A stretch of 62,825 bases of DNA, the filler included, from Candidatus Huberarchaeum crystalense (GTDB taxonomy: Archaea; Huberarchaeota; Huberarchaeia; Huberarchaeales; Huberarchaeaceae): assembly GCA_002790315.1 (NCBI GenBank). It is 10 parts of 10 records of this genome, joined end to end, with 100 filler letters (N's around TTAATTAATTAA, not from the genome) between each part and the next. Parts side by side here need not be neighbours in the genome. Positions count along the whole stretch, not along the records: positions 2,291 to 32,441 come from PFUW01000017.1; 9 more parts are not named here. One strand, given 5' to 3'. Numbering within the stretch: the first letter of the stretch is position 1; every line of letters starts with the position of its first letter. The notes beneath the pieces were generated by a model. It ran no database searches. It saw only the letters and a list, made by a program, of their open reading frames with translations, and had not been told where the DNA came from. A program made the translations under genes and the position numbers. Of the stretch, positions 17,074 to 27,827 are shown one piece after another.

Positions 17074-18738
17074 ATGGTTAGTTTTAATCCACCAACAAAC
17101 ACGAAATTCATATTTATTACTGGAGGGGTTCTATCTGGATTGGGTAAAGGGATTGTTTCTGCAAGTGTTGGACGTTTAATAAAATCAACTGGTTTAAGTA
17201 TAATTTTTATAAAGTGCGATGGATATCTAAACATTGATCCCGGAACTATGCGGCCTACTGAACACGGTGAGGTATTTGTGCAAGAAGATGGGGGAGAGGT
17301 AGATATGGATTTTGGGCACTACGAGCGTTTTTTAGATATAAATACAAAATCCTCATGGAATTTGACAATGGGAAAAATCTTTAATCAAATTCTCACTAAT
17401 GAAAGAAAAGGAAAATACCTTGGACAAACTGTTCAACTAATACCCCAAACAACCAATGAAATAAAAAATAAAATATATAAACTTTCAGAAAAGGCAAACA
17501 TTGCTGTAATTGAAATTGGCGGCACGGTAGGGGATATTGAAATTATGCTTTTTTTAGAGGCAATTAGACAAATCAAAAATGAGTATGGATCTAAAAATTG
17601 CTTGTTTATGCATTTGTCTTTTGTTCCTGTTTTAAATGGCGAACACAAAACAAAGCCGACGCAACACTCTGTTAGAGAGTTGCTAAAAGCAGGCATTCAG
17701 CCCGATATAATTATTTGCAGAACCAGCGAAGCAGTTGCTCGGCGCGCAAAAGAAAAAATTGCATATTTTTGTAATGTGTTATTTGAAAATATAATAGATG
17801 ATCCTGATGCTGAAACTGTTTATGAAGTTCCGCTGGTTTTTAAATCTCAGGGCTTGGACAAAATAATAAAAAATAACCTTGACTTGAAAAACACATTAGA
17901 AGATATAACCCAAATAAAACAAGCATCTATAACAAACAACAAAAGTTCAAATTTGAGCTGGGCAGAACTTATTAAAAATTACAAAAATCCGCAACAAGAG
18001 ATTACAATCGCAATTTGCGGAAAATATACTAGCTTGCACGATTCTTATATCAGCATTTTGGAGGCGCTTAACCATTGCAGAGCACACCTTTCTGTAAAAA
18101 TAAACCTGAAATGGATTGACACTTCTAATTTAAACCAGCAACTGACAGAATCACTAAAAGAAGTTAATGGAGTAATTGTTCCTGGAGGTTTTGGAACCAG
18201 GGGTGTTGAAGGAAAAATTATAGTAATAAAATATGCGCGCGAAAATAATCTTCCTTTTCTCGGACTTTGCTATGGAATGCAGTTAGCAATTGTTGAATTT
18301 GGTCGTAATGTCTGTGGATTAAACAACGCTAACTCTACAGAAATTGATGCACAAACAGAACACCCTGTAATTGATATTTTGCAAGATCAAAAAGAAATCA
18401 CAGAAAAAGGAGGAACAATGCGCTTAGGCAAATTTCCTGCGGTTTTGAAAGAAGGCACTAAAGTTTATGAAATTTATGGACAAGAGCAAATCTCAGAACG
18501 ACACCGCCATCGCTATGAAGTTAATCCAAAATACCTCAAACTCCTTGAAGAAAAAGGCATAATATTCTCAGGAGTTTCATCTGACAAAAAATTAGTTGAG
18601 TTCATAGAATTACAAAATCATCCTTTTTTTATTGGCACGCAAGCCCATCCTGAATTCAAATCAAGGTTTGAAAATCCTGCTCCTTTGTTTGTAGAGTTTA
18701 TAAAAAGTTGCATAAAAATTAAAAAAGAGAAAGCATAG
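17074..18738 (+). CDS. pyrG: CTP synthase
   Basis: ITGGVLSGLGKG, HGEVFV, D.DFGHYERF, KTKPTQ, GLCYGMQ, ERHRHRYEVN, QAHPEF. Confidence 0.98.
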   Translation: MVSFNPPTNTKFIFITGGVLSGLGKGIVSASVGRLIKSTGLSIIFIKCDGYLNIDPGTMRPTEHGEVFVQEDGGEVDMDFGHYERFLDINTKSSWNLTMGKIFNQILTNERKGKYLGQTVQLIPQTTNEIKNKIYKLSEKANIAVIEIGGTVGDIEIMLFLEAIRQIKNEYGSKNCLFMHLSFVPVLNGEHKTKPTQHSVRELLKAGIQPDIIICRTSEAVARRAKEKIAYFCNVLFENIIDDPDAETVYEVPLVFKSQGLDKIIKNNLDLKNTLEDITQIKQASITNNKSSNLSWAELIKNYKNPQQEITIAICGKYTSLHDSYISILEALNHCRAHLSVKINLKWIDTSNLNQQLTESLKEVNGVIVPGGFGTRGVEGKIIVIKYARENNLPFLGLCYGMQLAIVEFGRNVCGLNNANSTEIDAQTEHPVIDILQDQKEITEKGGTMRLGKFPAVLKEGTKVYEIYGQEQISERHRHRYEVNPKYLKLLEEKGIIFSGVSSDKKLVEFIELQNHPFFIGTQAHPEFKSRFENPAPLFVEFIKSCIKIKKEKA

Positions 18739-18749
18739 TAAAAAAGTAT

Positions 18750-19508
18750 ATGCAACAAAACGAAAACCTTAATACATATCAGTACGGAATTGTAAAAAGA
18801 ATTGAACCTAGCTTTGCGATTATCGCTTTGCCAACCATAGATGCAGAGGGCTTTCTTCATATAACTAGTGCTACAAATAAAGAAACAAAAAATATGAATG
18901 CAATTTTGAAAATAAATCAAGAGGTAGTTGTCAAAATTTTTCGCGTATCTCCGACAGGCTACAAACTTTCATTAAAAGATGTATCTGAAAATATAACTTC
19001 AAATATATTAAAAAAAGTGCATCAAAACCAACAAATCGTCCGCTTATTTGAAATAGCTGGAAAAAATGCAAAAATCTATAATCCTCAGATTTTTCTTCAA
19101 AAATTACAAAACAAATACAGGGAAATAACTCCTTTATTCGAAGATGCTGCAGAAACAGGGTCAGCGATTTTCGAAGAAGCAGGAATTCCTTCAAGTTTGG
19201 CCAAAGAATTAACAAAAATAGCACAAACAAAATTTAAGCAAAGAAAAATAGTTGTTTCAAAAAAAGTTATAATTGAATCTAAAAAATCAAACGGGCTTAT
19301 AATAATCAAAACTGCTCTGCAAAACATTGAGAAAAAGGGCTATAATATTATATATCTTGCTGGGGGAAAATATTTAATCAAAACACTAACATCAGACCCA
19401 AAAAGCGCAGAAAAAGATATTAACAACTCACTTCACGAAATGAGAAAAAAAGTAGATGTATGTGAAATTCTGTTAGATAAAGAGTCAAATGCTGTTAAAA
19501 AATGCTAA
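18750..19508 (+). CDS. eif2a: Translation initiation factor aIF2 alpha (divergent)
   Basis: N-terminal S1 domain (G.VKRI...A...L, EGFLHI, VVVK..RV, LSLK.V), helical middle, C-terminal G...IK.AL and I.Y.AG..Y.I. Confidence 0.75.
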   Translation: MQQNENLNTYQYGIVKRIEPSFAIIALPTIDAEGFLHITSATNKETKNMNAILKINQEVVVKIFRVSPTGYKLSLKDVSENITSNILKKVHQNQQIVRLFEIAGKNAKIYNPQIFLQKLQNKYREITPLFEDAAETGSAIFEEAGIPSSLAKELTKIAQTKFKQRKIVVSKKVIIESKKSNGLIIIKTALQNIEKKGYNIIYLAGGKYLIKTLTSDPKSAEKDINNSLHEMRKKVDVCEILLDKESNAVKKC

Positions 19509-20539
19509 AAAAATATATGGAAAAAGCGAAAAATACAAATCAAATAAAATTAAGTATTAGCAAAAAATATAAAACACAAAACACTAACAATACAAAGGCA
19601 AATAAAAGCAAAAAATATAAAATTATTGGCATTGGCGCGCTACTATATGACAAAATATATGTAATTGAAAGATTAGCGCACTCAAATGAAAGCATAGGAA
19701 TTAGAAATGTGTATAATTCTCCTGGGGGAAGCGTGGCAAACACTATTTTTTGGTTGGGAAAATATGGGTACAAATCAGCGTTTTTTGGCAGTTTGGGAGA
19801 TGATAAAGAAGGGAAGAATATGGCAGATAGTTTCAAAGACGCAAGCGTTGCTTTATCTTATATAAATACACTTAAAAATTCCCTAACTGATTTTGCTCTG
19901 ACTTTTGTAGATGACAAAGAAAACAGAACTTTTTACACTTATATCAAATTGGACAACATATTGACAAAAAAAAATTTAGACAAACACCTTCAAACTCTAA
20001 AACAAAGTGAGTGGTTTTTTATTAGTCCACATGGAGATAAGCAACAAATAAAATTAGTAACTTTATTAGTGGAAAAATTCAAAAAATCTGGCGGAAAAAT
20101 TGCCTTTTCAATAGGTGTATGGTATAAACGAAAATTATTGGATAAGTTAATTTCAATATCTGATGTTGTTTTTCTTAATCGAACTGAGTTGGCTTTTTTA
20201 ACAGGCACTTCTGAACGAGATTTTAAAAAAGGTATTGTAAAACTGAGAAAAATGTGTAAAGGGATTATTGTAAATACTCGCGGCAAAGAGGGAGCATATG
20301 TTTTTGATGAGAGGGGTAAAGAATATTTTATACCAACTCGCGCGCGCAAAGTTGTTGATACTACTGGTTGTGGCGATGCATTTGCAGCAGGCTTTCTTAA
20401 TGGTTTGTTCAAAGGAAGCATAAAAAAAGGAATAGAAAATGGTACAAATTTATCAGCAGAAGTTATTGAAAGATACGGCGCAAGAAACGGCGTTGGATGT
20501 ATTAATTTTAAGAGCGGAAGATTTAAGTGCAAAAAATAA
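19502..20539 (+). CDS. PfkB-family carbohydrate/nucleoside kinase
   Basis: PGGSVAN, G.LGDD.EG, N..E, T.G.EG, VDTTGCGDAFAAGF. Confidence 0.92.
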   Translation: MLKKYMEKAKNTNQIKLSISKKYKTQNTNNTKANKSKKYKIIGIGALLYDKIYVIERLAHSNESIGIRNVYNSPGGSVANTIFWLGKYGYKSAFFGSLGDDKEGKNMADSFKDASVALSYINTLKNSLTDFALTFVDDKENRTFYTYIKLDNILTKKNLDKHLQTLKQSEWFFISPHGDKQQIKLVTLLVEKFKKSGGKIAFSIGVWYKRKLLDKLISISDVVFLNRTELAFLTGTSERDFKKGIVKLRKMCKGIIVNTRGKEGAYVFDERGKEYFIPTRARKVVDTTGCGDAFAAGFLNGLFKGSIKKGIENGTNLSAEVIERYGARNGVGCINFKSGRFKCKK

Positions 20540-20667
20540 ATATTTGTTGACTTTGCAAAAACCCTTAGATATTTTAGAAAGTATGCTCAATTAAGATTTT
20601 ATATTTACCTTATATTCTATAAAAGTTTTGACTATTATCTTCTTTTCATCAACATCATTCGCTCTTT

Positions 20668-22773
20668 TTAATATTTTTTTGTTATTTTCTTTTTGTGNNN
20701 NNNNTATTCTTTATATTTTTCTCTAAATGCTACGCGCGTTTCGCATTCTGAGTTTAGACACATTGTAAAAGGTCGCTTACCTTTTCGCACGACTGTGACT
20801 GCTGGAAAACCGCATTTTTCACAGAGTTTTTCTGTTTTTTGAATTAGCGCGCTCTTTGGCAATGAAGATGTCTGCTTGCAATTTGGATAGTTGCTGCATC
20901 CAACAAATTGTCCGAATCTTGATCGCTTTAAGACCAAATCACCACTACATTTGCATTTTCCAAAATTTGTTGCTTCTTGCCGCGCTTCATAAAGCTGACT
21001 CTTTAGCTCTTTGCCAATATCTAATTTATGCAAAGAAAAGTCGCGAATCGCATTAGTAATATGAACTTTTGATGCTTCAAGCACTTCTGCATCTGAAATT
21101 TTGTTAATTTGAATGTCTTCTAATTTTTGCTGAAGGTCTGCTGTCATATTTTCATCAATTAGCGTAGGTATATATTCTTCTAAAACCTTTTCAACTACAA
21201 TTCCTAATTTTGTTACACCTATTTGCGAGGTATTTTCAATATATTTTCTATTATACAAAGTTCTTACAATTTCAGCGCGGGTTGCTTTTGTTCCTAATCC
21301 TTTTTTTTCAAGTTCTTTAACAAATGATGCCTGAGAATATCGCTTTGGCGGCTCTGTTTGCTTTTCTTCAAGATTTATATCCTTAACAGTGACAAGTTCG
21401 CCTTTTTCAACAGAAACAACTTGCGTATCTTCTTTAAGATTAGAATATGGCATATATAATTCAAGCCACCCTTGCTTTTTTGTTCTGAGAAGAGTAAGCA
21501 AAAATTTATAATCTTCAATTTGAGCCACAATTTTTGTAGATTCTCGAATTGCAGGCTCTCCAAAAGTTGCAAGAAATCGCTTTACTATCAAATCATACAA
21601 CTTCTTTTGATCAGTTGTTAAACTTTTTGGAAATTCACCTGTTGGATAAATTGCAGGGTGTGCAAGGTCTTCTTTTTTTCCTTCGTTTGGTTTCAAATCA
21701 GGCATTGCAAGCAATTTTGCACACAAAGAATTATACTCGTTTTGCAGGGCAATTTGCTGAATAACATTTCGCAAACCTAAGGTTGCGGGCAGTTTTTGGC
21801 TAGATGTGCGCGGATAAGAAATATAAGTAGCAATATATAATTCTTGAGCTATTTGCTGTGTTTGAGAAGGAACAAATCCAAAAACCCTGTAGGCTTCCAT
21901 TTGCAAATCAGTTAAATTAAAAGGTGTAGGAGACAATAGATCTTTTTCCTTTTTTTCAATAGAAGCAATAGTTGCAAATTTTCCTTTGCAAGCATCTATA
22001 ATTTTTTTAGCTTCGGCTTTGTCCCAAATTTTATCTTCTTCATACATAAAAAAAAGAGAAAAACCATCAAGCAAAAGTTTAACTTGCCAATAAAATTGAG
22101 GTATGAATGCAATAATTTCTTTTTCTCGTTTTACTAAAATAGCCAAAGCAGGTGTCTGAACTCTGCCAGCACTCAATGTTGTGTACATTGTTTTGGGGTC
22201 TGCTTTTCTCTGTTCAGCCAAAGCATCCATCAAAGAGCGCGACACATTTATACCATAATACCAATCAACAATATGTCTAACAACTCCACTTTCTGTCATT
22301 TTTCTATCAAAATTTTCCAAATTTTGAAATGCTTTAGTTAGTTCGCCTTTTGTCAAAGTAGAATACTTCATCCTTTTAATGTTCATTGGCGCAGCACCAA
22401 GACCGTGTATAAGAATATTGTTTCCAATCACAGAACCCTCAATATCATAGTCGCATGCATTAATATATATATCTGCGTTGCCGCCATATTTTATAATTGT
22501 TTTCAAAAATTTTTCAGAGAACTCTGCTCCCTTACTAACTTCTGATAAAGGCGCCCAGCGCACATTAAATTGTGGAAATGTTTTATTTCCATTAGCAGTA
22601 AGAGTATATAAATGGCCAGCAGCAGGAAAAATTAAAATCTCTTCATTGTCTTGTTTTGCTTTATAATAAGTAACAGCCCCTGATTTTTGTGGTTTTATAT
22701 TGTCAAATATTTTTGCAAATTGTTGTGCTACGCTCGGCTTTTCAACGATTATTGTTATTTTTTGAGAAGACAT
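20668..22773 (-). CDS. topA: DNA topoisomerase IA with C-terminal Zn-ribbons
   Basis: Toprim EKPS and D.D.EG, SAGRVQTP, catalytic ISYPRT, GLGT.ATR, FVGCSNYPNC. Start set at MSSQK. Confidence 0.96.
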   Translation of the reverse strand: MSSQKITIIVEKPSVAQQFAKIFDNIKPQKSGAVTYYKAKQDNEEILIFPAAGHLYTLTANGNKTFPQFNVRWAPLSEVSKGAEFSEKFLKTIIKYGGNADIYINACDYDIEGSVIGNNILIHGLGAAPMNIKRMKYSTLTKGELTKAFQNLENFDRKMTESGVVRHIVDWYYGINVSRSLMDALAEQRKADPKTMYTTLSAGRVQTPALAILVKREKEIIAFIPQFYWQVKLLLDGFSLFFMYEEDKIWDKAEAKKIIDACKGKFATIASIEKKEKDLLSPTPFNLTDLQMEAYRVFGFVPSQTQQIAQELYIATYISYPRTSSQKLPATLGLRNVIQQIALQNEYNSLCAKLLAMPDLKPNEGKKEDLAHPAIYPTGEFPKSLTTDQKKLYDLIVKRFLATFGEPAIRESTKIVAQIEDYKFLLTLLRTKKQGWLELYMPYSNLKEDTQVVSVEKGELVTVKDINLEEKQTEPPKRYSQASFVKELEKKGLGTKATRAEIVRTLYNRKYIENTSQIGVTKLGIVVEKVLEEYIPTLIDENMTADLQQKLEDIQINKISDAEVLEASKVHITNAIRDFSLHKLDIGKELKSQLYEARQEATNFGKCKCSGDLVLKRSRFGQFVGCSNYPNCKQTSSLPKSALIQKTEKLCEKCGFPAVTVVRKGKRPFTMCLNSECETRVAFREKYKEXXXHKKKITKKY

Positions 22774-22950
22774 ATTATATTTATTATGAATTGCTGTATT
22801 TATAGATTTGTAAAAAACCATTTGAAGTTTTTGCAAGTGTGTGGTGGTTTTAAATAATTATATTTTTCAGGGGATTTTCACAGAGCTTTGTTTTATAATA
22901 ACAATCACTTACTTTTAACTAGGTGTGTTGTTATCTCATAACAACAATTT

Positions 22951-23610
22951 ATGGGAAAAGCAAACAATATATTTGATTTTAAAATTTATTACAGCAAAGA
23001 CATAGAAAAATTGCTAAAAACAGCAGAGTGTCTTGGTTTAAGTGGAGCGTGCGTTGTATTTCACAAAGAAAATGTAATAGAAGCACAAAATTTTAAGACA
23101 AACAGCAAGTTGCATATTTTAAAAGGTCTGGAACTTGAAATTAACACTCAAAGCGACATGCAAAATATTGATAAGTGCGCAGAGTTTGTTGATTTAGTTT
23201 TTGCAAAAATAAAAAATGAAAATTTAGTATTTGATGTGCTTAAATCGCGCAAAATACAAATATTAAATTTTGATAATATTGTTGTTGAGCAGAGCTATCT
23301 CAGATTAACAAAAGATGCAAACAAACATATTGAGGTTTGCTTAAAAAGCTTGCAAATTGATTTAAAACTCATCAAAAAATACAAAAAAATTATAGAAATT
23401 GCAAAGCGAAAGCACTATGCTGCAGGAATAATACTAACAAGTGGGGGAAATAAATGGAATGAATTAATAGGGAGAGAAGAAGCATTTGCAATATGCTCTG
23501 TTTTGCTTAAAACACACCCTGACCAGTCAAAAAAAATAATCTGTGGAAAAGATTTGTTAAAACAATGCGATAAAAATTATTTAGATAAAGGTGTTGAGAT
23601 TATTGAGTAA
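22951..23610 (+). CDS. rnp3: Probable RNase P protein component 3 (Rpp30), divergent
   Basis: PHP-like layout with A..LG.SG, IE..L..L, I.LTSG and the C-terminal ...GVEIIE typical of archaeal Rpp30. Confidence 0.65.
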   Translation: MGKANNIFDFKIYYSKDIEKLLKTAECLGLSGACVVFHKENVIEAQNFKTNSKLHILKGLELEINTQSDMQNIDKCAEFVDLVFAKIKNENLVFDVLKSRKIQILNFDNIVVEQSYLRLTKDANKHIEVCLKSLQIDLKLIKKYKKIIEIAKRKHYAAGIILTSGGNKWNELIGREEAFAICSVLLKTHPDQSKKIICGKDLLKQCDKNYLDKGVEIIE

Positions 23611-23728
23611 AATTTATATTTTGTTTAGTTAATAAATGAAATTGAAGTGTTGAGATTATTGAGTAAAATTTATATTTTGTTTAGTTAATAAATGAAATTG
23701 AAGTGTTGAGATTATTGAGTAAAATTTA
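23591..23728. repeat. 56-bp perfect tandem repeat (x2.5) starting in the last codons of rnp3
   Basis: gtgttgagattattgagtaaaattt at 23591, 23647 and 23703. Confidence 0.93.
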
Positions 23729-23767
23729 ATAAGTTAATATATTATTAAAAGGATAAATATATTAAAA

Positions 23768-24415
23768 TCAAGCAGAACCATTCTCAACAACAAAAGGAAC
23801 AAACGCAAAACCCTTATATTCGCGCTCTTCAAACTCGCTCTCTGTTTTTTTGATAAAAACAAAAAGGGCATTTTCAACAGGAACAATAATTTTTCCATTG
23901 TTTTTTAGTTGTTTTTTCCACGCAAGAGGGATATTTTTGCTTGAAAGTGCTGCAGATACAAAAATTTTATCAAATGGTGCATCTTCTTCACATCCTTTTT
24001 CGCCGTTTCTGCAAAGAAATTTAGCAACTCCTGTTTTTATAAAATTATATTTTGCAACATTTCGCTCTCCTATTTTTTTCAATTCAGAAATTCTTTCTAT
24101 TGCAACAACCTTTCCTTTGCTTAAAGATTTTCCTTGACTGACAATGTGCGCCAAAAGAGCAGTAGTCCATCCAGATCCAGCCCCAATATCTAATATTTTT
24201 TCTCCTGGCAGAGGTGCTAATAATTCTAACATAAAAGCCACAGTAAGTGGTTGGGAATTTGTTTGTCCATAACCAATAGATATAGGCTCATTCAATTCAC
24301 TTAAATACTTAACTTTTTCAGGCAAAAAATCAGCGCGCGCAATATTTCTAAATGCATCAATAATTTGCGGTGATTTTAGCCATTTCTCCTTAATCAACAT
24401 ATCAATCAAACCCAT
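23768..24415 (-). CDS. pcm: Protein-L-isoaspartate O-methyltransferase
   Basis: R.DFLP, IGYGQT.SQP..VA.MLE.L, ILDIGAGSGW, APFD.I.V.A, QL...G....PV, FVP. Confidence 0.92.
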   Translation of the reverse strand: MGLIDMLIKEKWLKSPQIIDAFRNIARADFLPEKVKYLSELNEPISIGYGQTNSQPLTVAFMLELLAPLPGEKILDIGAGSGWTTALLAHIVSQGKSLSKGKVVAIERISELKKIGERNVAKYNFIKTGVAKFLCRNGEKGCEEDAPFDKIFVSAALSSKNIPLAWKKQLKNNGKIIVPVENALFVFIKKTESEFEEREYKGFAFVPFVVENGSA

Positions 24416-24417
24416 AA

Positions 24418-24648
24418 TTATTTTTATTACTTGATATTTTTATTTTTAATAGTTATTCAATCTTAACTTTAGGTTTTTGGTTTTATTTTAACTTAAATAT
24501 TATTTTTCTTACTTGATATTTTTATTTTTAATAGTTATTCAATCTTAACTTTAGGTTTTTGGTTTTATTTTAACTTAAATATTATTTTTCTTACTTGATA
24601 TTTTTATTTTTAATAGTTATTCAATCTTAACTTTAGGTTTTTGGTTTT
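24418..24648. repeat. 82-bp tandem repeat (x~2.8) filling the tuf-pcm spacer
   Basis: ttacttgatatttttatttttaatagttattcaatcttaactttaggtttttggtttt at 24427, 24509 and 24591. Confidence 0.93.
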
Positions 24649-24664
24649 TATTTAAATTTAACTA

Positions 24665-25954
24665 TCATTTTTTCTCTTTTTCTGAAGCCCACACTTCAAT
24701 AATATCCAAAACATTCCCAGCACCTATTGTAGAGCCTGAATCTCTCAAAGAAAATCTTGATAATTCTACATTATCTGTTGCTTTTTCAAGAATAAACGGT
24801 TTTAATAATTCCATTTCAACAATAGCTATATCTCCTTTCTTAATAGTTTGTGGGTTTTCTTCTGCTACTTGTCCTGTTGCAGGATCTATACGTTGCAAAA
24901 TTTTTCTTATTTTAATAGGAGCTTGATTTGTTTGGCTGTGGCACACAGGGCTATATCCTGCTGCAATTACAGTACTAAGCTCAATAATAGCTATTCTTGC
25001 TTTTACAACTTTAGGAACTACAACTGGGCTTGCAACATCGCAAAGCACAGAACCTCTATGGATTTGGTTTTTTTCAACACCTTTTAAATTTAAACCAACA
25101 TTATATCCAGGAATTGCTTTAGGAATCTGCTGGTGGTGCATTTCAATTGATTTAACTTCACCTATTACGCCCCCAGGAACTACCATAACCTTGGTGTTAG
25201 GTATAATTGTTCCTGAAAGAATTTTTCCTACAACAACCATACCAACACCAGTAATAGTGTAAACATCTTGAATAGGCATTCTAAAATGCTTATCAACTGA
25301 TCTTTGTGGCTCTTTTATGTCATTAATTGTTTGAATAAGCGTTTTGCCAGCATACCACGGCATTTTTGTAGAAGGCATAGTCACATTTTCTCCAGTCCAT
25401 GCTGAAATAGGTATAAAAGGAACTTCTTCAATTTTAAAACCCACAAGTTTTAAATATTGGGAAATATCTGTTTTTATTTTATTAAATTGTTCTTCTGAAA
25501 AATTTGCACTATCCATTTTATTAACTACAACAATTAATTGGTTTACTCCATTTGTTTTAGTTAAAACAAGATGTTCTTTTGTTTGCGGCTCTATACCCTT
25601 TACTGCATCTAATATCAACATAGCAACATCTGCTTGACTAACTCCAGTAATCATATTTTTAATAAAGTCTTTGTGGCCTGGTGCGTCAATTAAGGTAAAA
25701 TAATATTTGTCTGTTTCAAATTTTTTGTGTCGAATGTTAATTGTTAATCCTCTTTGTCTCTCTTCACCTTCAGTGTCCATAGCATAAGCAAAGCTAAATG
25801 TATCTTTTCCTAAAGATGTTGCTGCTTTTTTTAATTTTTCCATTTCCTGTTCTGTAATCTGACCTAACTCATAGAGAAGACGGCCTGAAAGTGTTGACTT
25901 TCCAGCATCTACATGCCCTATTGTTATAATATTTATATGTGGTTTTTCTGCCAT
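24665..25954 (-). CDS. tuf: Elongation factor 1-alpha
   Basis: KPHIN, GHVDAGKST, ER.RG.TI, DAPGH.DF.KNMITG.SQAD, NKMD, R.PIQDVY.I.G.G, VKSIEMHH. Confidence 0.96.
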   Translation of the reverse strand: MAEKPHINIITIGHVDAGKSTLSGRLLYELGQITEQEMEKLKKAATSLGKDTFSFAYAMDTEGEERQRGLTINIRHKKFETDKYYFTLIDAPGHKDFIKNMITGVSQADVAMLILDAVKGIEPQTKEHLVLTKTNGVNQLIVVVNKMDSANFSEEQFNKIKTDISQYLKLVGFKIEEVPFIPISAWTGENVTMPSTKMPWYAGKTLIQTINDIKEPQRSVDKHFRMPIQDVYTITGVGMVVVGKILSGTIIPNTKVMVVPGGVIGEVKSIEMHHQQIPKAIPGYNVGLNLKGVEKNQIHRGSVLCDVASPVVVPKVVKARIAIIELSTVIAAGYSPVCHSQTNQAPIKIRKILQRIDPATGQVAEENPQTIKKGDIAIVEMELLKPFILEKATDNVELSRFSLRDSGSTIGAGNVLDIIEVWASEKEKK

Positions 25955-26115
25955 AATATCTTTTAACAAGGAGTTTAAAAAGGTTTAACTTTTTAAATAA
26001 ATAATGAGCAGTGAAAATATTGTATTAAAAAATAAAGTATTTATTTATGCCAAATACAAAAAAAGTTGTTTGTTTTAACAAGTTATATTGATTTTACAAC
26101 ACACAACAAAAATTT

Positions 26116-27114
26116 ATGTTTGTATTAGGAATTGAATCAACAGCACACACATTTGGAATTGGAATCTGCAATGAAAAAGGAGATATACTCGCAAATGAAT
26201 ATAACACTTATGTGCCGAAAAGCGGAGGAATTATTCCTGCTGAAGCTGCAAAACACCATATTAAAGTTAAAAGAATTTTACTCAAAAAAGCACTCAAAAA
26301 AGCAAAACTCTCGCTCGCAGACCTTGATTTGATTGTTTTTTCACAAGGTCCGGGCTTGTCTCCTTGTCTTGTTGTTGGTCGTGATTTTGCACTTGAACTC
26401 GCAAAAAAAAATAAAAAATCTGTTATTGGAGTAAATCATTGTGTTGCACACATTGAAATTGGCTTGCTTTTTAATGCCTTGAAAAACCCAATTATAGGAT
26501 TTTTTTCTGGAGCTAACTCCCAAATTGTTTGCTTTGCACCAAAATACAAAAAGATCAACAGCACAGAAATGCTAAAACGCAAAGAAAAATATATTGTTAT
26601 TGGTGAGACATTAGATAGTGGGCTTGGAAATTCGCTTGACAAACTTGGGCGGCAACTCAACTTGCCATTTCCTGCCGGCCCAAAAATCGAAGAACTTGCT
26701 AAAACAGGAAAATACATTGAACTTCCTTACACCGTCAAAGGAATGAATTTTGCATTTGCTGGTTTAGTAACAAGTGCTATCAACAAATATAAGCAAGGAT
26801 CTAAAATCGAAGATGTTTGCTTTTCCTTTCAAGAAACAGCATTTGCAGAGGTTGTTGAGGTTTGTGAGCGCGCACTCTCTTTTTCAAAATCTAAAGAATT
26901 GCTTTTTGTTGGTGGAGTTGCAGCAAATCAAAGGTTGCAACAGATGTTTAAAATAATGTGTTTAGAAAGAGGCGCTAAATTTTATACGGTGTCAAAAAAG
27001 TTTGCAGGTGATAATGGAGCAATGATTGCATGGGCAGGTTTAAAAAAGTTTAAAAAAGAAAGAAAAACAAAAAATTTAGATATTCGGCCAACTTGGCGAA
27101 TTGATCAAAAGTGA
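26116..27114 (+). CDS. kae1: KEOPS t6A synthase Kae1
   Basis: LGIESTAHT, GPG..P.L, VNHCVAHIE, GETLD, LPYTVKGM, GGVAAN, DNGAMIA. Confidence 0.96.
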   Translation: MFVLGIESTAHTFGIGICNEKGDILANEYNTYVPKSGGIIPAEAAKHHIKVKRILLKKALKKAKLSLADLDLIVFSQGPGLSPCLVVGRDFALELAKKNKKSVIGVNHCVAHIEIGLLFNALKNPIIGFFSGANSQIVCFAPKYKKINSTEMLKRKEKYIVIGETLDSGLGNSLDKLGRQLNLPFPAGPKIEELAKTGKYIELPYTVKGMNFAFAGLVTSAINKYKQGSKIEDVCFSFQETAFAEVVEVCERALSFSKSKELLFVGGVAANQRLQQMFKIMCLERGAKFYTVSKKFAGDNGAMIAWAGLKKFKKERKTKNLDIRPTWRIDQK

Positions 27115-27185
27115 ATCTCAAAAATCTATTGTATTTTTTGGTGTTTCGTTGGGTATTTTGCTATTAATTTTAGCATTAAAGTTTG

Positions 27186-27758
27186 TTATATCTTAGGGTA
27201 ATAGGGTAAGAGTTCTCTGAGGGTTTCGTCTTGTTGTATAGCTTCTTCAATATTATTCAAACCCCGAGATTTTGATCCCTTCTTATCTGATAAAAAATAA
27301 GCTTCTATAACTCCTAAACAAAATTTTGCTTCAAGAAGAGTACTAGCAGCTTTTTTAAAATATTCTATTGCATCATAGGGTTTCCCTAAATAATTCAAAC
27401 ACAAATTTCCATAAGAAAAATTAGCTTCATAATTGTTTTTATCTAATTTTATTGCTTGTTTATATTCTGACATTGCCTTTTCATATAATTCTAATATTTC
27501 ATATAAAACACCTAAATATAAATAGGCTTGAGCGTTTATAGGATCTTTGATTTTTGCCTGTTTTAATAAGTTTTCTGCAGCGGTATATTCTTTAAGACCT
27601 ATATAACATATTGCTTGTTCAACACAAGAACGGCTGCCCTTTGAATCCTCTAACTTTTTAGTTTGAATTCTATTTTTTTCTGTATCATACTTTATTAACC
27701 CCCTCACCAACTCACCAATAAATAATACATCATACTTTACTACTTTCATACCTTTCAT
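27186..27758 (-). CDS. TPR-repeat protein
   Basis: Tandem TPR units (AYLYLGVLY....YEKA..EYKQAIKLD.NN.EA...YG). Start uncertain. Confidence 0.75.
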   Translation of the reverse strand: MKGMKVVKYDVLFIGELVRGLIKYDTEKNRIQTKKLEDSKGSRSCVEQAICYIGLKEYTAAENLLKQAKIKDPINAQAYLYLGVLYEILELYEKAMSEYKQAIKLDKNNYEANFSYGNLCLNYLGKPYDAIEYFKKAASTLLEAKFCLGVIEAYFLSDKKGSKSRGLNNIEEAIQQDETLRELLPYYPKI

Positions 27759-27827
27759 ATATTTTTTAACAAAACATTTAAAACAAATAAAACCCAAAAT
27801 ATAATCTTAACAAATATTAAAAAGATT

